DNA of 46,907 bases from Candidatus Limnocylindria bacterium. Lineage in GTDB: Bacteria; Chloroflexota; Limnocylindria; QHBO01. Shown here in pieces: positions 34,438 through 44,119 of this stretch; the stretch's first letter is position 1, and the number at the start of each line of letters is the position of its first letter. The stretch is from contig DASVFG010000043.1 in the NCBI GenBank assembly GCA_036380155.1, positions 1-46,907 on the forward strand, read 5' to 3'. The position numbers and the translations under genes are program-made. The notes below the pieces were generated by a model. The model was not told where the DNA came from. It saw nothing but the letters and a program-made list of their open reading frames with translations, and did no database searches.

Positions 34438-35661
34438 ATGGATCATCCGACGCAGGTGCTCGTCCAGCTCTTCGCGATCCTTCTCGCCGCGAAGCTCGGG
34501 CACGAGCTGTTCCGGCGCCTCGGGCAGCCGACCGTGGTGGGCGAGATCCTGGGTGGTCTCGTCGTCGGGCCGGCGGTGCTCGGCGTGGCCGACGTGACTC
34601 CCGAAACGGAGCTCTTCGCCGAGATCGGCGTGGTGCTGCTCCTCTTCCAGGTGGGACTCGAGACGCGTCTGCACGATCTCCTGCGAGTCGGACCGACCGC
34701 GCTCGCGGTCGGGATCCTCGGCGTCGTGCTCCCGTTCGGCGGCGGGCTCCTGGCAGCCAGCCTGGCAGGTGGCGACCTGGCGCTCGCGGTCTTCCTCGCC
34801 GCCGCCCTCACGGCGACCAGCGTGGGGATCACGTCGAACGTGCTCCGCGACCTGGGGGCGCTCAGCACCGCGAGTGGACGCGTCATCCTCGGGGCGGCCG
34901 TCATCGACGATGTCCTGGCGATCATGATCCTCTCGGTCGCCACCGGCATCGCGGCCGGGACCTTCTCGGCCGGCAACGTCCTGTCGCTGCTCGTGGTGGC
35001 CGGCCTGTTCGTCGTCACGGTCGTGGTGGGTGGGACGCGGATCCTGGCCCGCCGCCGGTCGCTCCTCACCGAGCCTCGCTTCGCCGACACGCCGCTCCTG
35101 CCGGGCATGCTCGTCATGCTCGGACTGGCGGCGGTCGCATCCTTCATCGGGCTGGCGGCCATCATCGGCGCGTTCCTGGCCGGCATGGTCGTCGGCGAGT
35201 CGAGCGAGCGGCGGGCGCTCGAGGCGGAGGTCGCGCCGGTGGCGGCGTTCTTCACGCCCTTCTTCTTCGCGTTCATCGGGATGCAGGTTGACCTCGCCGG
35301 CCTGGCGACGTTGCCGGCACTGGGCATGCTGCTCGCGATCACCCTGCTCGCGGTGGCGACCAAGTTCATCGGTGCGTGGCTCGGCGCCCTGCGGCTCGGC
35401 CGCGACCGCGCAGTGCTGATCGGCTGGGGCATGGTGCCCCGCGGCGAGGTCGGCATCGTGGTCGCCGGGCTGGGGCTGTCGGCGGGCGCCATCGACGCGC
35501 CGATGTACTCGGTCGTCGTCGGGATGGCGATCCTCACCACGCTCATCGTGCCGCCCTTCCTTCCGGCACTCGTGGCACGCGCCGAGGGTTCCGACCGTCG
35601 CGCTGACGAGGAGGGTCCGCCGGCCGGCACCGAGGACGACGACGGAATCGCCGACGGCTGA
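34438..35661 (+). CDS. CPA2-family cation:proton antiporter (no RCK domain)
   Basis: Starts at ATG 34438 with GGGAG 4-8 nt upstream (MDHPTQVLVQLFAILLAAKLG..). Multi-TM Na_H exchanger pattern. Confidence 0.85.
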   Translation: MDHPTQVLVQLFAILLAAKLGHELFRRLGQPTVVGEILGGLVVGPAVLGVADVTPETELFAEIGVVLLLFQVGLETRLHDLLRVGPTALAVGILGVVLPFGGGLLAASLAGGDLALAVFLAAALTATSVGITSNVLRDLGALSTASGRVILGAAVIDDVLAIMILSVATGIAAGTFSAGNVLSLLVVAGLFVVTVVVGGTRILARRRSLLTEPRFADTPLLPGMLVMLGLAAVASFIGLAAIIGAFLAGMVVGESSERRALEAEVAPVAAFFTPFFFAFIGMQVDLAGLATLPALGMLLAITLLAVATKFIGAWLGALRLGRDRAVLIGWGMVPRGEVGIVVAGLGLSAGAIDAPMYSVVVGMAILTTLIVPPFLPALVARAEGSDRRADEEGPPAGTEDDDGIADG

Positions 35662-35676
35662 GGGAGAGAACGAGAA

Positions 35677-35708
35677 CCGCCCCTCCCCGGCGAACCGGGA
35701 AGGGGCGG
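35677..35708. terminator. hairpin between convergent genes (probable terminator, stronger for the minus-strand SBP gene)
   Basis: A 14-position stem (13 bp, one C-A mismatch) CCGCCCCTCCCCGG / CCGGGAAGGGGCGG with loop CGAA. On the minus strand it is followed by GGTTCTCGTTCTCTCC. Confidence 0.55.
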
Positions 35709-35734
35709 CTGGGCGGGTGCGATCCCGTCGGGGT

Positions 35735-36865
35735 CTACTCGCCGCCGGGCGTGACCTCGACGACGCCCTTCTCGAAGTCGGCGCCGGTCGTCTCCTCCTC
35801 GATCCCGGCGAGGGCCGCCTCGGCGAGATCGGTGCGGTAGGCGTCATCGGTCGGCTCGGCCTCGATGATCCCCGAGTCGAGGCTCACCTGGACCGTCTGG
35901 TCCCAGAGGCCGGTGTCGAGGATGCCGATGCCGTCGGGCGAGGGCCAGATGAGCGGGTTGATCTCGTTCATCATCCACGCCTGGTGGCCGGCACCGAGCG
36001 TCGAGCCCGCGTCGACGGTGTACCCGATGCAGTCGTCCGGGTTGTCCCGGCAATGGATCCAGCCGCGGAAGCTGGCCCGCAGGAACCGCTCGGCGATGTC
36101 CTCGTTGCCATCCTCCGCGAGCCACGAGGCCCGGGCGAAGAGCGCGTCCTGGAGCATGGCCGTCCCGACCTCGTTGTAGTCGATGACGGTCATGTCCTCG
36201 GGCTGGTAGAGCTCCCCGGTGTCGGGATTCTCCGTCTCGAGGACCTGCGCGTACTCGTTGTAGATCATCGCCTCGGCGACGTCGATGTCGCGGTTGAGGA
36301 ACGCGACCATGTCGAAGTTCTGGATGACGCGCTCGAAGTCGGTGCCCTGCTCGAGACCCTCGGCGGCCGCGGCCGCGATGACCTCCCACTCGTTCCCGAA
36401 GTCCCAGACGCCGACGCGCTTGCCCTCGAAGTCGGCGGGGCTCGAGATGCCCGAGTCGGCCCACGCGACCGAGAGCGTGCCGGAGCGCTGGAAGACCTGG
36501 GCGATGTTCACGAGGTCGGAGCCGGCCTCACGGGCCTCGAGGACCTTCGGCACCCACGAGATGGTGAACTCCGGGCCATCGGCCGCCGAGCCGACCTGCT
36601 GCGGGATGACATCCGGGCCGCCGTCGAGAATCTCGACGTCGAGGCCCTCATCGGCGTAGAAGCCGAGCTCCTGCGCGGCGAAATAGCCGGCGAACTGCGC
36701 CTGCGGTGCCCACTGCAGCTGGAGCCGCACGGCGGTCAGCTCGCCGCCGCCGTCGCTGGCGCCGGCGCCTTCGCTCTCAGTTCCACTGCCGCCCTGCGTG
36801 CCGCAGGCGGCCAGGACGAGCATCGCGCTCGTCGCGACGCTCAACCAGATCCGGGTTCGCTTCAT
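35735..36865 (-). CDS. ABC transporter substrate-binding lipoprotein, NMT1/THI5-SsuA-like
   Basis: Starts at ATG 36865 with GAGAGGA upstream. Lipobox LAAC. LQLQWAPQAQFAGYFAA is characteristic of NMT1/SsuA-type binding proteins. Confidence 0.85.
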   Translation of the reverse strand: MKRTRIWLSVATSAMLVLAACGTQGGSGTESEGAGASDGGGELTAVRLQLQWAPQAQFAGYFAAQELGFYADEGLDVEILDGGPDVIPQQVGSAADGPEFTISWVPKVLEAREAGSDLVNIAQVFQRSGTLSVAWADSGISSPADFEGKRVGVWDFGNEWEVIAAAAAEGLEQGTDFERVIQNFDMVAFLNRDIDVAEAMIYNEYAQVLETENPDTGELYQPEDMTVIDYNEVGTAMLQDALFARASWLAEDGNEDIAERFLRASFRGWIHCRDNPDDCIGYTVDAGSTLGAGHQAWMMNEINPLIWPSPDGIGILDTGLWDQTVQVSLDSGIIEAEPTDDAYRTDLAEAALAGIEEETTGADFEKGVVEVTPGGE

Positions 36866-36911
36866 TCGGGTGTCCTCTCGATGCTCGGCGGTGCCCACCG
36901 GTGATTGGCGG

Positions 36912-36917
36912 ATTCTA
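36912..36917 (-). promoter_or_regulatory. candidate -10 element TAGAAT for the SBP gene
   Basis: The minus-strand hexamer TAGAAT lies about 47 nt upstream of ATG 36865 in a lower-GC gap, with TTTCCG about 18 nt upstream as a weak -35. Confidence 0.35.
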
Positions 36918-37019
36918 GTGACCGATGCGGCTCGCGGAAAGGCGAGTTGTCCCATAGGTCGATCCGATGTGATCGCGGAGTGGTCGTGCGTGGCTGGAAG
37001 CCTCCGAGTGTGACGGTTC

Positions 37020-37056
37020 GTGCGCATCCGGCCACGCGCTGTGGCCGTGTGCGCAC
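37020..37056 (-). other. strong imperfect hairpin in the 245-nt gap between permease and SBP genes
   Basis: A 7-bp outer stem (GTGCGCA/TGCGCAC) and a 6-bp inner stem (GGCCAC/GTGGCC), separated by a 3x3 internal loop. No U-tract follows. Confidence 0.5.
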
Positions 37057-37110
37057 CTTCGTGGCGCTGAGCCACGCAACGCCAAGCGGGCGTCACTCGG
37101 CGCCAGTTGC

Positions 37111-37965
37111 CTAGCCCGGCTCCTCGCCGCGGACGGACGCGTGCCACGGAATGAGGACGCGCTCGAGCGCCACCACCGCGAGGTAGAACACGATGCCCGT
37201 GATCGCGCCGAGCAGGATCGCCGCCCAGGTGACATCGAATCGCAGCGACGACGCCGACTGGACGACCACGCGACCGATGACGGTGGTCGACCCGCCGAAG
37301 TACTCGCCGACGATGGCGCCGATGAGGCTGAGCGTCGTCGCCACCTTGAGCGCGGTGAGGAAGTAGGGGAGCGCGTTCGGCAGGCGCACCTTGCGGAGGA
37401 TCTCCCAATCCGACGCGGCGTAGGAGCGCATGAGCTCGAGCGCGGATGGCTCGACCTGCGACAGGCCGCGCGTGACGTTGATCATCACCGGGAAGAACAC
37501 GAGGAGGGCCGCGACCATCATCTTCGAGAGCGGGTTCGTGATCCCGAACCAGGCGTTGAAGATCGGCGCGATGGCGATGATCGGGATGGCGTTGGCGGCC
37601 ACCGCGAAGGGCAGGACCGCGTCGCGCGCGGTCGCCCAGCGCGCCACCATGAAGGCCACCACCACGCCGGCCACGGTGCCGATGACGAGGCCGCCGACGG
37701 CCTCGAGGAGCGTCGCCTGTGCCGCCGCGAACAGCGGCCAGCGCCCGGCGCCCCAGTTCTCGACGAGCGCCGCGCCGATCGCGGACGGGGGCGGCAGGAT
37801 GAACGTGCGGATGGCGAGCGCCCGGGTGATCAGCTCCCAGCCGAGGAGCACGGTGACGAACACGACGATCGCCGGCGCGTAGTAGCGGAGCGTCCGCGCC
37901 GTCCGGATGCCGCGTCCCGGGCGCGGCGGCAGCGGGACGCCCACCGATGGGGCGGCCGCGGTCAT
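37111..37965 (-). CDS. ABC transporter permease (SsuC/TauC-type)
   Basis: 284 aa, 6 TM, with an EAA-like loop (ELMRSYAASDWEILRKVRLPNALP). ATGA overlap with the upstream ATPase stop. Confidence 0.85.
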   Translation of the reverse strand: MTAAAPSVGVPLPPRPGRGIRTARTLRYYAPAIVVFVTVLLGWELITRALAIRTFILPPPSAIGAALVENWGAGRWPLFAAAQATLLEAVGGLVIGTVAGVVVAFMVARWATARDAVLPFAVAANAIPIIAIAPIFNAWFGITNPLSKMMVAALLVFFPVMINVTRGLSQVEPSALELMRSYAASDWEILRKVRLPNALPYFLTALKVATTLSLIGAIVGEYFGGSTTVIGRVVVQSASSLRFDVTWAAILLGAITGIVFYLAVVALERVLIPWHASVRGEEPG

Positions 37966-38801
37966 CCGACCCCGCCCTCCGCCGCGATGCGGTCAACCGA
38001 CGCGGGCGCCGCCTCGAGCCCGCCGCCGGCGCGCAGCGCCTCGCGGACCTCGGTCACGACGCGGAAGTACGCCGGCTCTTCGCGGGTGTCATCGGTTCGT
38101 GGGTGGGTGAGCGGGACATCGACGACGCGCGTGATGCGTCCCGGTCGTGCGCTCATGACGACGACGCGCGTCGAGAGGAACACCGCCTCCGGGATCGAGT
38201 GGGTGACGAACACGATGGTCGTGCCGGTCTGCTCCCAGATCCGGAGCACCTCGGTATTCATCCGCTCGCGGGTCATCTCGTCGAGCGCGCCGAACGGCTC
38301 GTCCATGAGCAGGATCGCGGGCTGCAGGGCGAGCGCCCGCGCGATCGCGACGCGCTGCTGCATGCCCCCCGACAGCTGGTAGGGATGATGCCGGGCGAAG
38401 TCGCCGAGCTCGACGAGCTCGAGCATCTGGCGCGCGCGCTCCTCGCGCTCCGCGCGCTCCATCCCGAGCAGCTCGAGCGGCAGCTTCACGTTGTCCTCGA
38501 CCGATCGCCACTCGAAGAGGACCGGGGCCTGGAAGACCATCCCGTACTCGCGGCCGAGGCGCGCGGCGTGCGCCGCCTTGCCGTTCACCTCGACCGTGCC
38601 GGTCGACGGCTGCGTCAGGTCGCCGATCAGCCGCAGGAGCGTCGACTTGCCGCAGCCGGACGGGCCGATGAGGCTGACGAACTCGCCCTTGCCGATCTCG
38701 AGGTCGATGCCCGACAGCGCGGAGACCGATCGGCCGCCGGACTCGAATCGCTTGTCGACGCCGCTCACGCGGACGACCGCGGCGCGTGCCTGGTCGGTCA
38801 T
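37962..38801 (-). CDS. ABC transporter ATP-binding protein (SsuB/TauB-type)
   Basis: Starts at ATG 38801 (MTDQARAAVV..). Walker A GPSGCGKST, signature LSGGMQQR, Walker B ILLMDEPFGALD. Confidence 0.9.
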   Translation of the reverse strand: MTDQARAAVVRVSGVDKRFESGGRSVSALSGIDLEIGKGEFVSLIGPSGCGKSTLLRLIGDLTQPSTGTVEVNGKAAHAARLGREYGMVFQAPVLFEWRSVEDNVKLPLELLGMERAEREERARQMLELVELGDFARHHPYQLSGGMQQRVAIARALALQPAILLMDEPFGALDEMTRERMNTEVLRIWEQTGTTIVFVTHSIPEAVFLSTRVVVMSARPGRITRVVDVPLTHPRTDDTREEPAYFRVVTEVREALRAGGGLEAAPASVDRIAAEGGVG

Positions 38802-39670
38802 GCCACCTCCGGCCGCATTCCGCGGCCACGGAGGGCGAGGATCTCCGCGATGCGCACGATCGCGAAGAAGACGATGCCGAGGATCGCGCACGCCACGATG
38901 GCGGCCCACAGCTTCTCGGGGCCGGTGATGTACTGCGTGTTGAAGTTGATGATCGCGCGGCCCAGGCCGTCGGGAATGCCGCCCGGCCCCTCCCCGACGA
39001 TGGCACCCACGATGCTCGCGGTGGCCGCGATCTTCAGCGCCGTGAACAGGTAGGGCAGCGACGCGGGCAGCCGCAGCTTCCAGAAGATCGACCAGCGGCT
39101 GGCGGCGTACGAGCGCATGAGCTCGAGCGCTCGCGGATCGGGCGAGCGCAGCCCGCGGATCATCGCGATCGTGACGGGGAAGAACGTCAGGTAGGTGGCG
39201 ATGATGACCACGCTCATCACGTCCTGGCCGAAGGCGAACACGATCATCGGGGCCAGCGCCACGATCGGGATCGTCTGGCTGGCGATGACGTACGGCACGA
39301 ACGCGCGCTCGAGCAGCCGCGAGTGGACGAAGACGGCCGCCAGCGTGACGCCGATGAGGGCGCCGACGACGAAGCCGATGGCCGCCTCCCGCCACGTGTA
39401 GAGCGCCGCACCGACCAGGAACCCGCCGAGCGAGGACTCCGATCCGCGCTGCACCGGCGCGGCGAGCGCGCCGACGATGTTCCACAGGTGCGGGAGCAGC
39501 AGGTCGGAGGCAAACCAGATATCGAGCGGCGGGTCCCACGTCCAGGTCTCGGTTCGCCACGGGTCGCCGCCGATGAACTTCACGCCCTCCCAGGCGAGGA
39601 TGATGAGCGCTGCGAACGCGACGAACGTGAGGACGGGCCGCGCCCAGCCGCGGTCAGGCGACCGCGGCAT
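38798..39670 (-). CDS. ABC transporter permease (SsuC/TauC-type), second copy
   Basis: 290 aa with an EAA-like loop (ELMRSYAASRWSIFWKLRLPASLP), paralogous to 37111..37965. The start overlaps the aminotransferase stop by 17 nt. Confidence 0.85.
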   Translation of the reverse strand: MPRSPDRGWARPVLTFVAFAALIILAWEGVKFIGGDPWRTETWTWDPPLDIWFASDLLLPHLWNIVGALAAPVQRGSESSLGGFLVGAALYTWREAAIGFVVGALIGVTLAAVFVHSRLLERAFVPYVIASQTIPIVALAPMIVFAFGQDVMSVVIIATYLTFFPVTIAMIRGLRSPDPRALELMRSYAASRWSIFWKLRLPASLPYLFTALKIAATASIVGAIVGEGPGGIPDGLGRAIINFNTQYITGPEKLWAAIVACAILGIVFFAIVRIAEILALRGRGMRPEVA

Positions 39671-40997
39671 CGGTGACCTCGAGCGCGCGATCGATGATCG
39701 CGAAGCCCTCAGCGAGCTCGTCCTCCGTGATCGTCAGCGGCGGATTGGTGAAGAACGAGTTCCAGCGCACGAACGTGTAGAGCCCATCCTCGCGGAAGCG
39801 CCTGCCGAGGGCGGCCATCTCGTCGGAGGTGCCGTTGAACGGCGCCATCGGCTCCATCGTCTCGCGATTGCGGACGAGCTCCACGATCCCGAACAACCCG
39901 ATGTTGCGGACCGCCCCGACGCTGGGGTGCTTCTCGGCCAGGTCGGCGTGATGCCGGGCCAGCACCTCGCCCATCTGCGCCGCGCGCTCGATGAGGTTCT
40001 CCTCCTCGTAGACCGCGATCGTCGCCAGCGCGGTGGCGCAGGCGAGCGGATGCGAGTTGTACGTCAGGCCGCCGTAGAAGACGTTGTTCTCGAAGTGCTC
40101 CGCGTACTTGCGCCGCATGCCGAGCGCGCCGAGCTGGATGTAGGCGCTCGTCAGCCCCTTCGCCATGGTGATGAGATCGGGCACGACATCCCAGTGGTCG
40201 ATGGCGAACCACTTGCCGGTGCGGCCGAAGCCGGCCATCACCTCGTCGGCGATCATGAGGATGCCGTAGCGGTCGCAGATCTCGCGAACGCCGGCGAGAT
40301 AGCCATCCGGCGGCACGAGGATGCCGTTCGTGCCGGTCACCGTCTCGAGGATGAACGCCGCGATGGTGTGCGGCCCCTCGAGCTGGATGGTCTCCTCGAG
40401 GTTGGCGAGCGCCTCCTCGGCCGAGTCCCAGCCGCGCTGGATCCCGTGATACGGGTCCATGACGCGGATCACGCCCGGGATGCCGGGCTCGTTCGCCCAG
40501 CGTCGAGGATCCCCGGTCAGCGTCATCGCGCCGGCGGTGCCGCCGTGATAGCTGCGGTAGCGGGTCAGGATCTTGTGGCGTCCGGTGACCATTCGGGCGA
40601 GCTTGATGGCGTTCTCGTTCGCCTCGGCACCGCCGTTGGTGAAGAAGAACGTGTCGATGTCGCCCGGCGTGAGCTCCGCGAGCTTCTGGCCGAGGCGTGC
40701 GCGCGGCTCGGTGGCCATGAACGGGTTCGCGTAGGCGAGCTGCTCGGCCTGCCTGGCGATCGCCTCGATCACCTTCGGGTGGCCATGGCCGATGTTGGTG
40801 CACATCAGCTGCGAGTTGAAGTCGAGGTAGCGCTTCCCCTCGGGCGTCCAGAAGTAGACGCCCTTGGCGCCCGCCACCGGGATCGGGTCGACCTTCGACT
40901 GCGCCGACCATTCGAACAGCGTATGCCGCTTCGTGAGGGCGACGATCTCGTCGCCGGTCATGCTGCCTCGCTCGGTCTCGATCGCCATTGCGCGCAC
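39654..40997 (-). CDS. class-III (omega) aminotransferase
   Basis: 447 aa. FFTNGGAEANENAIKLAR, MIADEVMAGFGRTGKWFA, and the PLP-Lys region ITMAKGLTS. Confidence 0.9.
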   Translation of the reverse strand: MRAMAIETERGSMTGDEIVALTKRHTLFEWSAQSKVDPIPVAGAKGVYFWTPEGKRYLDFNSQLMCTNIGHGHPKVIEAIARQAEQLAYANPFMATEPRARLGQKLAELTPGDIDTFFFTNGGAEANENAIKLARMVTGRHKILTRYRSYHGGTAGAMTLTGDPRRWANEPGIPGVIRVMDPYHGIQRGWDSAEEALANLEETIQLEGPHTIAAFILETVTGTNGILVPPDGYLAGVREICDRYGILMIADEVMAGFGRTGKWFAIDHWDVVPDLITMAKGLTSAYIQLGALGMRRKYAEHFENNVFYGGLTYNSHPLACATALATIAVYEEENLIERAAQMGEVLARHHADLAEKHPSVGAVRNIGLFGIVELVRNRETMEPMAPFNGTSDEMAALGRRFREDGLYTFVRWNSFFTNPPLTITEDELAEGFAIIDRALEVTDAAVA

Positions 40998-41083
40998 GGT
41001 CCTCCGCTCGATGATCCCCGGAAGGGCCGATTACACCACACGCGACAACGGGGACCGTCGCCACCCGGGCGTAGACTCGACCG

Positions 41084-41497
41084 ATGACGAGCCAGGCTCG
41101 TGCCGACCCGGTCGCCTCCCGCAGCGAGGAATGGCAGGCGGCGCGCGGCGTGCTCATCGCGGTCACCGCCGGCACCGGCGGGATGCTCACCCTCTTCGGC
41201 GTCGTGGCGGGATCGCTGCCGTTCGTGGCCCTTCCCACCGTCGTGCTCGTGGCCGGCACCTGGCTCCGGTGGTCGGACCGCGTCATCGGGTGGGCGGGCG
41301 TCTCGATCTGGGCGATGATCCTGCCGTCCGCACGCGGTGAGGGGCTCCTCGCGCCGCTCGTCATGGTGCTCGTCTGGCTGGCCGTCGCCATCGGTCCCGA
41401 TCGGTTGGCCAAATGGATGGTGACCGACTGGAACGGCCCTGGCCTCGCCCCCGCGCAGCCCGACGGCTGGATCGAGGACGACCTCAGCGTGCGCTGA
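41084..41497 (+). CDS. hypothetical small membrane protein (3-4 TM)
   Basis: 137 aa with uniformly high GC3 and hydrophobic segments. The competing minus-strand ORFs here have junk composition. I recognise no family. Confidence 0.55.
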   Translation: MTSQARADPVASRSEEWQAARGVLIAVTAGTGGMLTLFGVVAGSLPFVALPTVVLVAGTWLRWSDRVIGWAGVSIWAMILPSARGEGLLAPLVMVLVWLAVAIGPDRLAKWMVTDWNGPGLAPAQPDGWIEDDLSVR

Positions 41498-42710
41498 GTG
41501 CCGTCCGCCACTCGCGCGGGACGGCGCGGCCCCACCGGACGGCGTCCATGCCGGCGAAGCGCGCCAGGTCCGCCACCGCTGCCACGACGGCCGCCGCGGC
41601 ATCGGGTGAATTCGCGGCGAGGCGAACCGATCGGACATCGAGCACGCCGTCGTCGGCGTTGCGCGCCGGGTCGACCGTGCCGATGAGCCGGCCGTCATGG
41701 AGGATCGGCATCGCGAAATACCCGTACCGTCGTTTCGCCACGGGCACGTAGATCTCCATCCGGTAGGCGAACCCGAAGAGGCGCTCCGTCCGCACACGGT
41801 CGTGGATGAGGTTGTCGAACGGGGAGAGCAGCGTGGTCCGGTCCGCCGGTGCCGTGCCTGGTCCGAGGGCGGGCGCATCGTCCGGGTGGACGTACCACGT
41901 CCCCGGCCACGCGCCGTCCGCACCCGTCACCGCAACGGGCAGCATGGCGCCCTCGGCGACCAGGTCGGCGACGGGCAGCGCCGCACCGGGCAGCGCCGCC
42001 CGCGCCCGGAGGTCGGTGGCGGAGAGCACCCCCTGGGCGCGGAGCGAGATCTCGACGCGCCGGCGAAGGAGCGTCGCGTCGTCGATCTCGATGGCGAGCA
42101 GGTCCGCGGGCCAGACGCGCTCGGGAAGGTCCCAGACCCGCGTCGCGCCGTCGCGTCCGGCGACGGCCACGAACCCGGCACCCTCGAGGAGCTCGAGCAT
42201 GCGGCCGACGTTGCGGCCGTCGAAGTAGCCGCCGGTCCGCCACGGGCGAACCGCTCGGTCCTCGAAGGCGTCGCTCGGCAGCGGGCCATCGGCCCGCAGC
42301 CGCTCGAGGATGTGCCGGCGGAGCGCGTCGTTGTCGTCCATCCACTGGGTGACGACGGCCGCGCGGGTCGGGCCGTGGATGGCGGGCCAGTACCGGGCCA
42401 TGGCCCGCACGAGCGGCACGTGGGCGATCGGCCGGAGGTAGGCGCCGTGCTCGAACAGACGCCGGTCGCGCCACAGGACGCGGTCGAGCGTCGCCCGGTC
42501 GTACGTGCCGAGCCGGCTCCACAGGACGAGGAGGTGCGAACGGGCGACCACGGCCGTCGGGTCGAGCTGGATGCGGCCGAGCCGCTCCGCGACCTCGACG
42601 ATCCCGCCGGCGGATGGCGGTGGCCGCGTGCCGCTCAGGAGCTGTCGCTCGACCGCCAGGCGACGGATCGCGTCGGCCGTCGTGGAGATCGCCGGCGCGC
42701 TCCCGGCCAT
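41484..42710 (-). CDS. winged-helix DNA glycosylase-like protein, YcaQ/AlkZ (DUF1006) family
   Basis: Starts at ATG 42710 (MAGSAPAIS..). RRLAVERQLL, RLGRIQLDP, RRLFEHGAYLRP, and the C-terminal YVPVAKRRYGYFAMPIL are typical of YcaQ-family proteins. Confidence 0.8.
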   Translation of the reverse strand: MAGSAPAISTTADAIRRLAVERQLLSGTRPPPSAGGIVEVAERLGRIQLDPTAVVARSHLLVLWSRLGTYDRATLDRVLWRDRRLFEHGAYLRPIAHVPLVRAMARYWPAIHGPTRAAVVTQWMDDNDALRRHILERLRADGPLPSDAFEDRAVRPWRTGGYFDGRNVGRMLELLEGAGFVAVAGRDGATRVWDLPERVWPADLLAIEIDDATLLRRRVEISLRAQGVLSATDLRARAALPGAALPVADLVAEGAMLPVAVTGADGAWPGTWYVHPDDAPALGPGTAPADRTTLLSPFDNLIHDRVRTERLFGFAYRMEIYVPVAKRRYGYFAMPILHDGRLIGTVDPARNADDGVLDVRSVRLAANSPDAAAAVVAAVADLARFAGMDAVRWGRAVPREWRTALSAR

Positions 42711-42712
42711 CG

Positions 42713-44092
42713 TCAGCTTGCGGTGGCGGCGCAGCGCAGGATGGCGTCCGCCGTCCGATCGGCGTCGGCGTCGGTGGTGGACCAGTTCGACACGCTGATG
42801 CGCATCGCGGCGCGTCCCTGCCACGTCGTGCCGCCCAGCCACGCGGTGCCGTCGGCCTGGACGGCGGCGATCACCGCCCGCGTGCGCGCGTCGTCGTCGC
42901 CGAAGCGGACGAGCACCTGGTTCAGCGTCACGTCGTTGAGGACCTCGACCCCGTCGGCGACGCGCAGGCGGTCCGCGATGCGGGCCGCGAGGTGGCAGCA
43001 GCGCTCGACGAGGTCTCGCACGCCGTCCCGGCCCAGGGAGCGGATCGCGGCATACAGGGCGAATCCGCGCGCACGTCGCGAGCTGTCGACCACCCACTCC
43101 CAGTTCTCGCGCTGATCGCTGCGCATGAGGTAGGAGGCGGTCATCGACATCGCCGCGTGATGGGCCGCCGCGTCCCGCACCGCGACGAATCCGCAGTCGT
43201 ACCCGGCGTTCAGCCACTTGTGGGCGTCGGTCGTCCACGAGTCGGCGCGCTCCACGCCGGCGACGAGGTGGCGCAGCGTCGGGCTCGCCGCCGCCCACAG
43301 CCCGAATGCACCGTCGACGTGATGCCATGCGTTCGGGTGGGCCGCGAGCGCATCCGCGATCTCCGCGAGCGGATCGAAGCCGCCGGTGTTGACGTTGCCC
43401 GCCTGGGTCGCGACGAGGAGCGGACCGGTCGCCGCCGCGATCGCGTCGCGCGCGGCATCGGCGCGCATGCGGCCCTGCGCGTCACACGGGACGCGCGTGA
43501 CCCGATCGCGTCCGAGGCCGAGGTACTGGAGCGCCGTGAGGAGCGTGGCGTGCGCCTCGTCCCCGACGATGACGGTGATCTCCGGCGCCCCGAACAGCCC
43601 GCGCGCCTCGACGTCCCACCCTTCGCGGGCGAGGAGCGCGTGACGGCCGGCCGCCAGGCCGACGGCACTTCCGATCCCTGCACCCGTGGTGAGGCCGAAG
43701 CTGGCCTCGGCCGGCAGCCCGAGCAGGTCGAGCATCCAGCGCCCGGCCACCTCCTCGACTGCCGCGGCCGCCGGCGACAGCGCATGCAGCGCTCCGTTCT
43801 GGCCCCAGGCCGCCGTCAGCCAATCGGCCGCCACCGCGGCCGGCAGCGCTCCGCCGATCACGAACCCGAAGTAGCGCGGGCCGGCCGTCGCGACGATCCC
43901 GGGATCCACCGCCGCCGCGAGCTCCTCGACCACGGTCACCGCGTCGGTCGGGCCTTCCGGCAGCGCAGTCCCGAGGCGCTCACGGAGGCCGGTGGCATCG
44001 GTGCGCGCGCCGACGTGGCGCTCATCGAGGCCATCGAGGAACTCGAGTCCCAGGTCCGCTGCCCGTCGCAGCGCACGCTCCCGATCGTCCAT
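42713..44092 (-). CDS. group II pyridoxal-dependent decarboxylase
   Basis: 459 aa. PRYFGFV, HVDGAFG, and the PLP-lysine motif SWTTDAHKWLN. Confidence 0.85.
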   Translation of the reverse strand: MDDRERALRRAADLGLEFLDGLDERHVGARTDATGLRERLGTALPEGPTDAVTVVEELAAAVDPGIVATAGPRYFGFVIGGALPAAVAADWLTAAWGQNGALHALSPAAAAVEEVAGRWMLDLLGLPAEASFGLTTGAGIGSAVGLAAGRHALLAREGWDVEARGLFGAPEITVIVGDEAHATLLTALQYLGLGRDRVTRVPCDAQGRMRADAARDAIAAATGPLLVATQAGNVNTGGFDPLAEIADALAAHPNAWHHVDGAFGLWAAASPTLRHLVAGVERADSWTTDAHKWLNAGYDCGFVAVRDAAAHHAAMSMTASYLMRSDQRENWEWVVDSSRRARGFALYAAIRSLGRDGVRDLVERCCHLAARIADRLRVADGVEVLNDVTLNQVLVRFGDDDARTRAVIAAVQADGTAWLGGTTWQGRAAMRISVSNWSTTDADADRTADAILRCAATAS

Positions 44093-44119
44093 CAGGTCCG
44101 TCTCTCGGTCGTACGCACG

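Noticed and set aside
36866-37110. TPP (THI-box) riboswitch upstream of the NMT1/THI5-like binding-protein gene
   Set aside because: I read the minus-strand sequence of the gap and found neither the CUGAGA element nor the ACCUGAUCUGGAUAAUGCCAGCG-type core. Only a generic hairpin and promoter-like hexamers are present.
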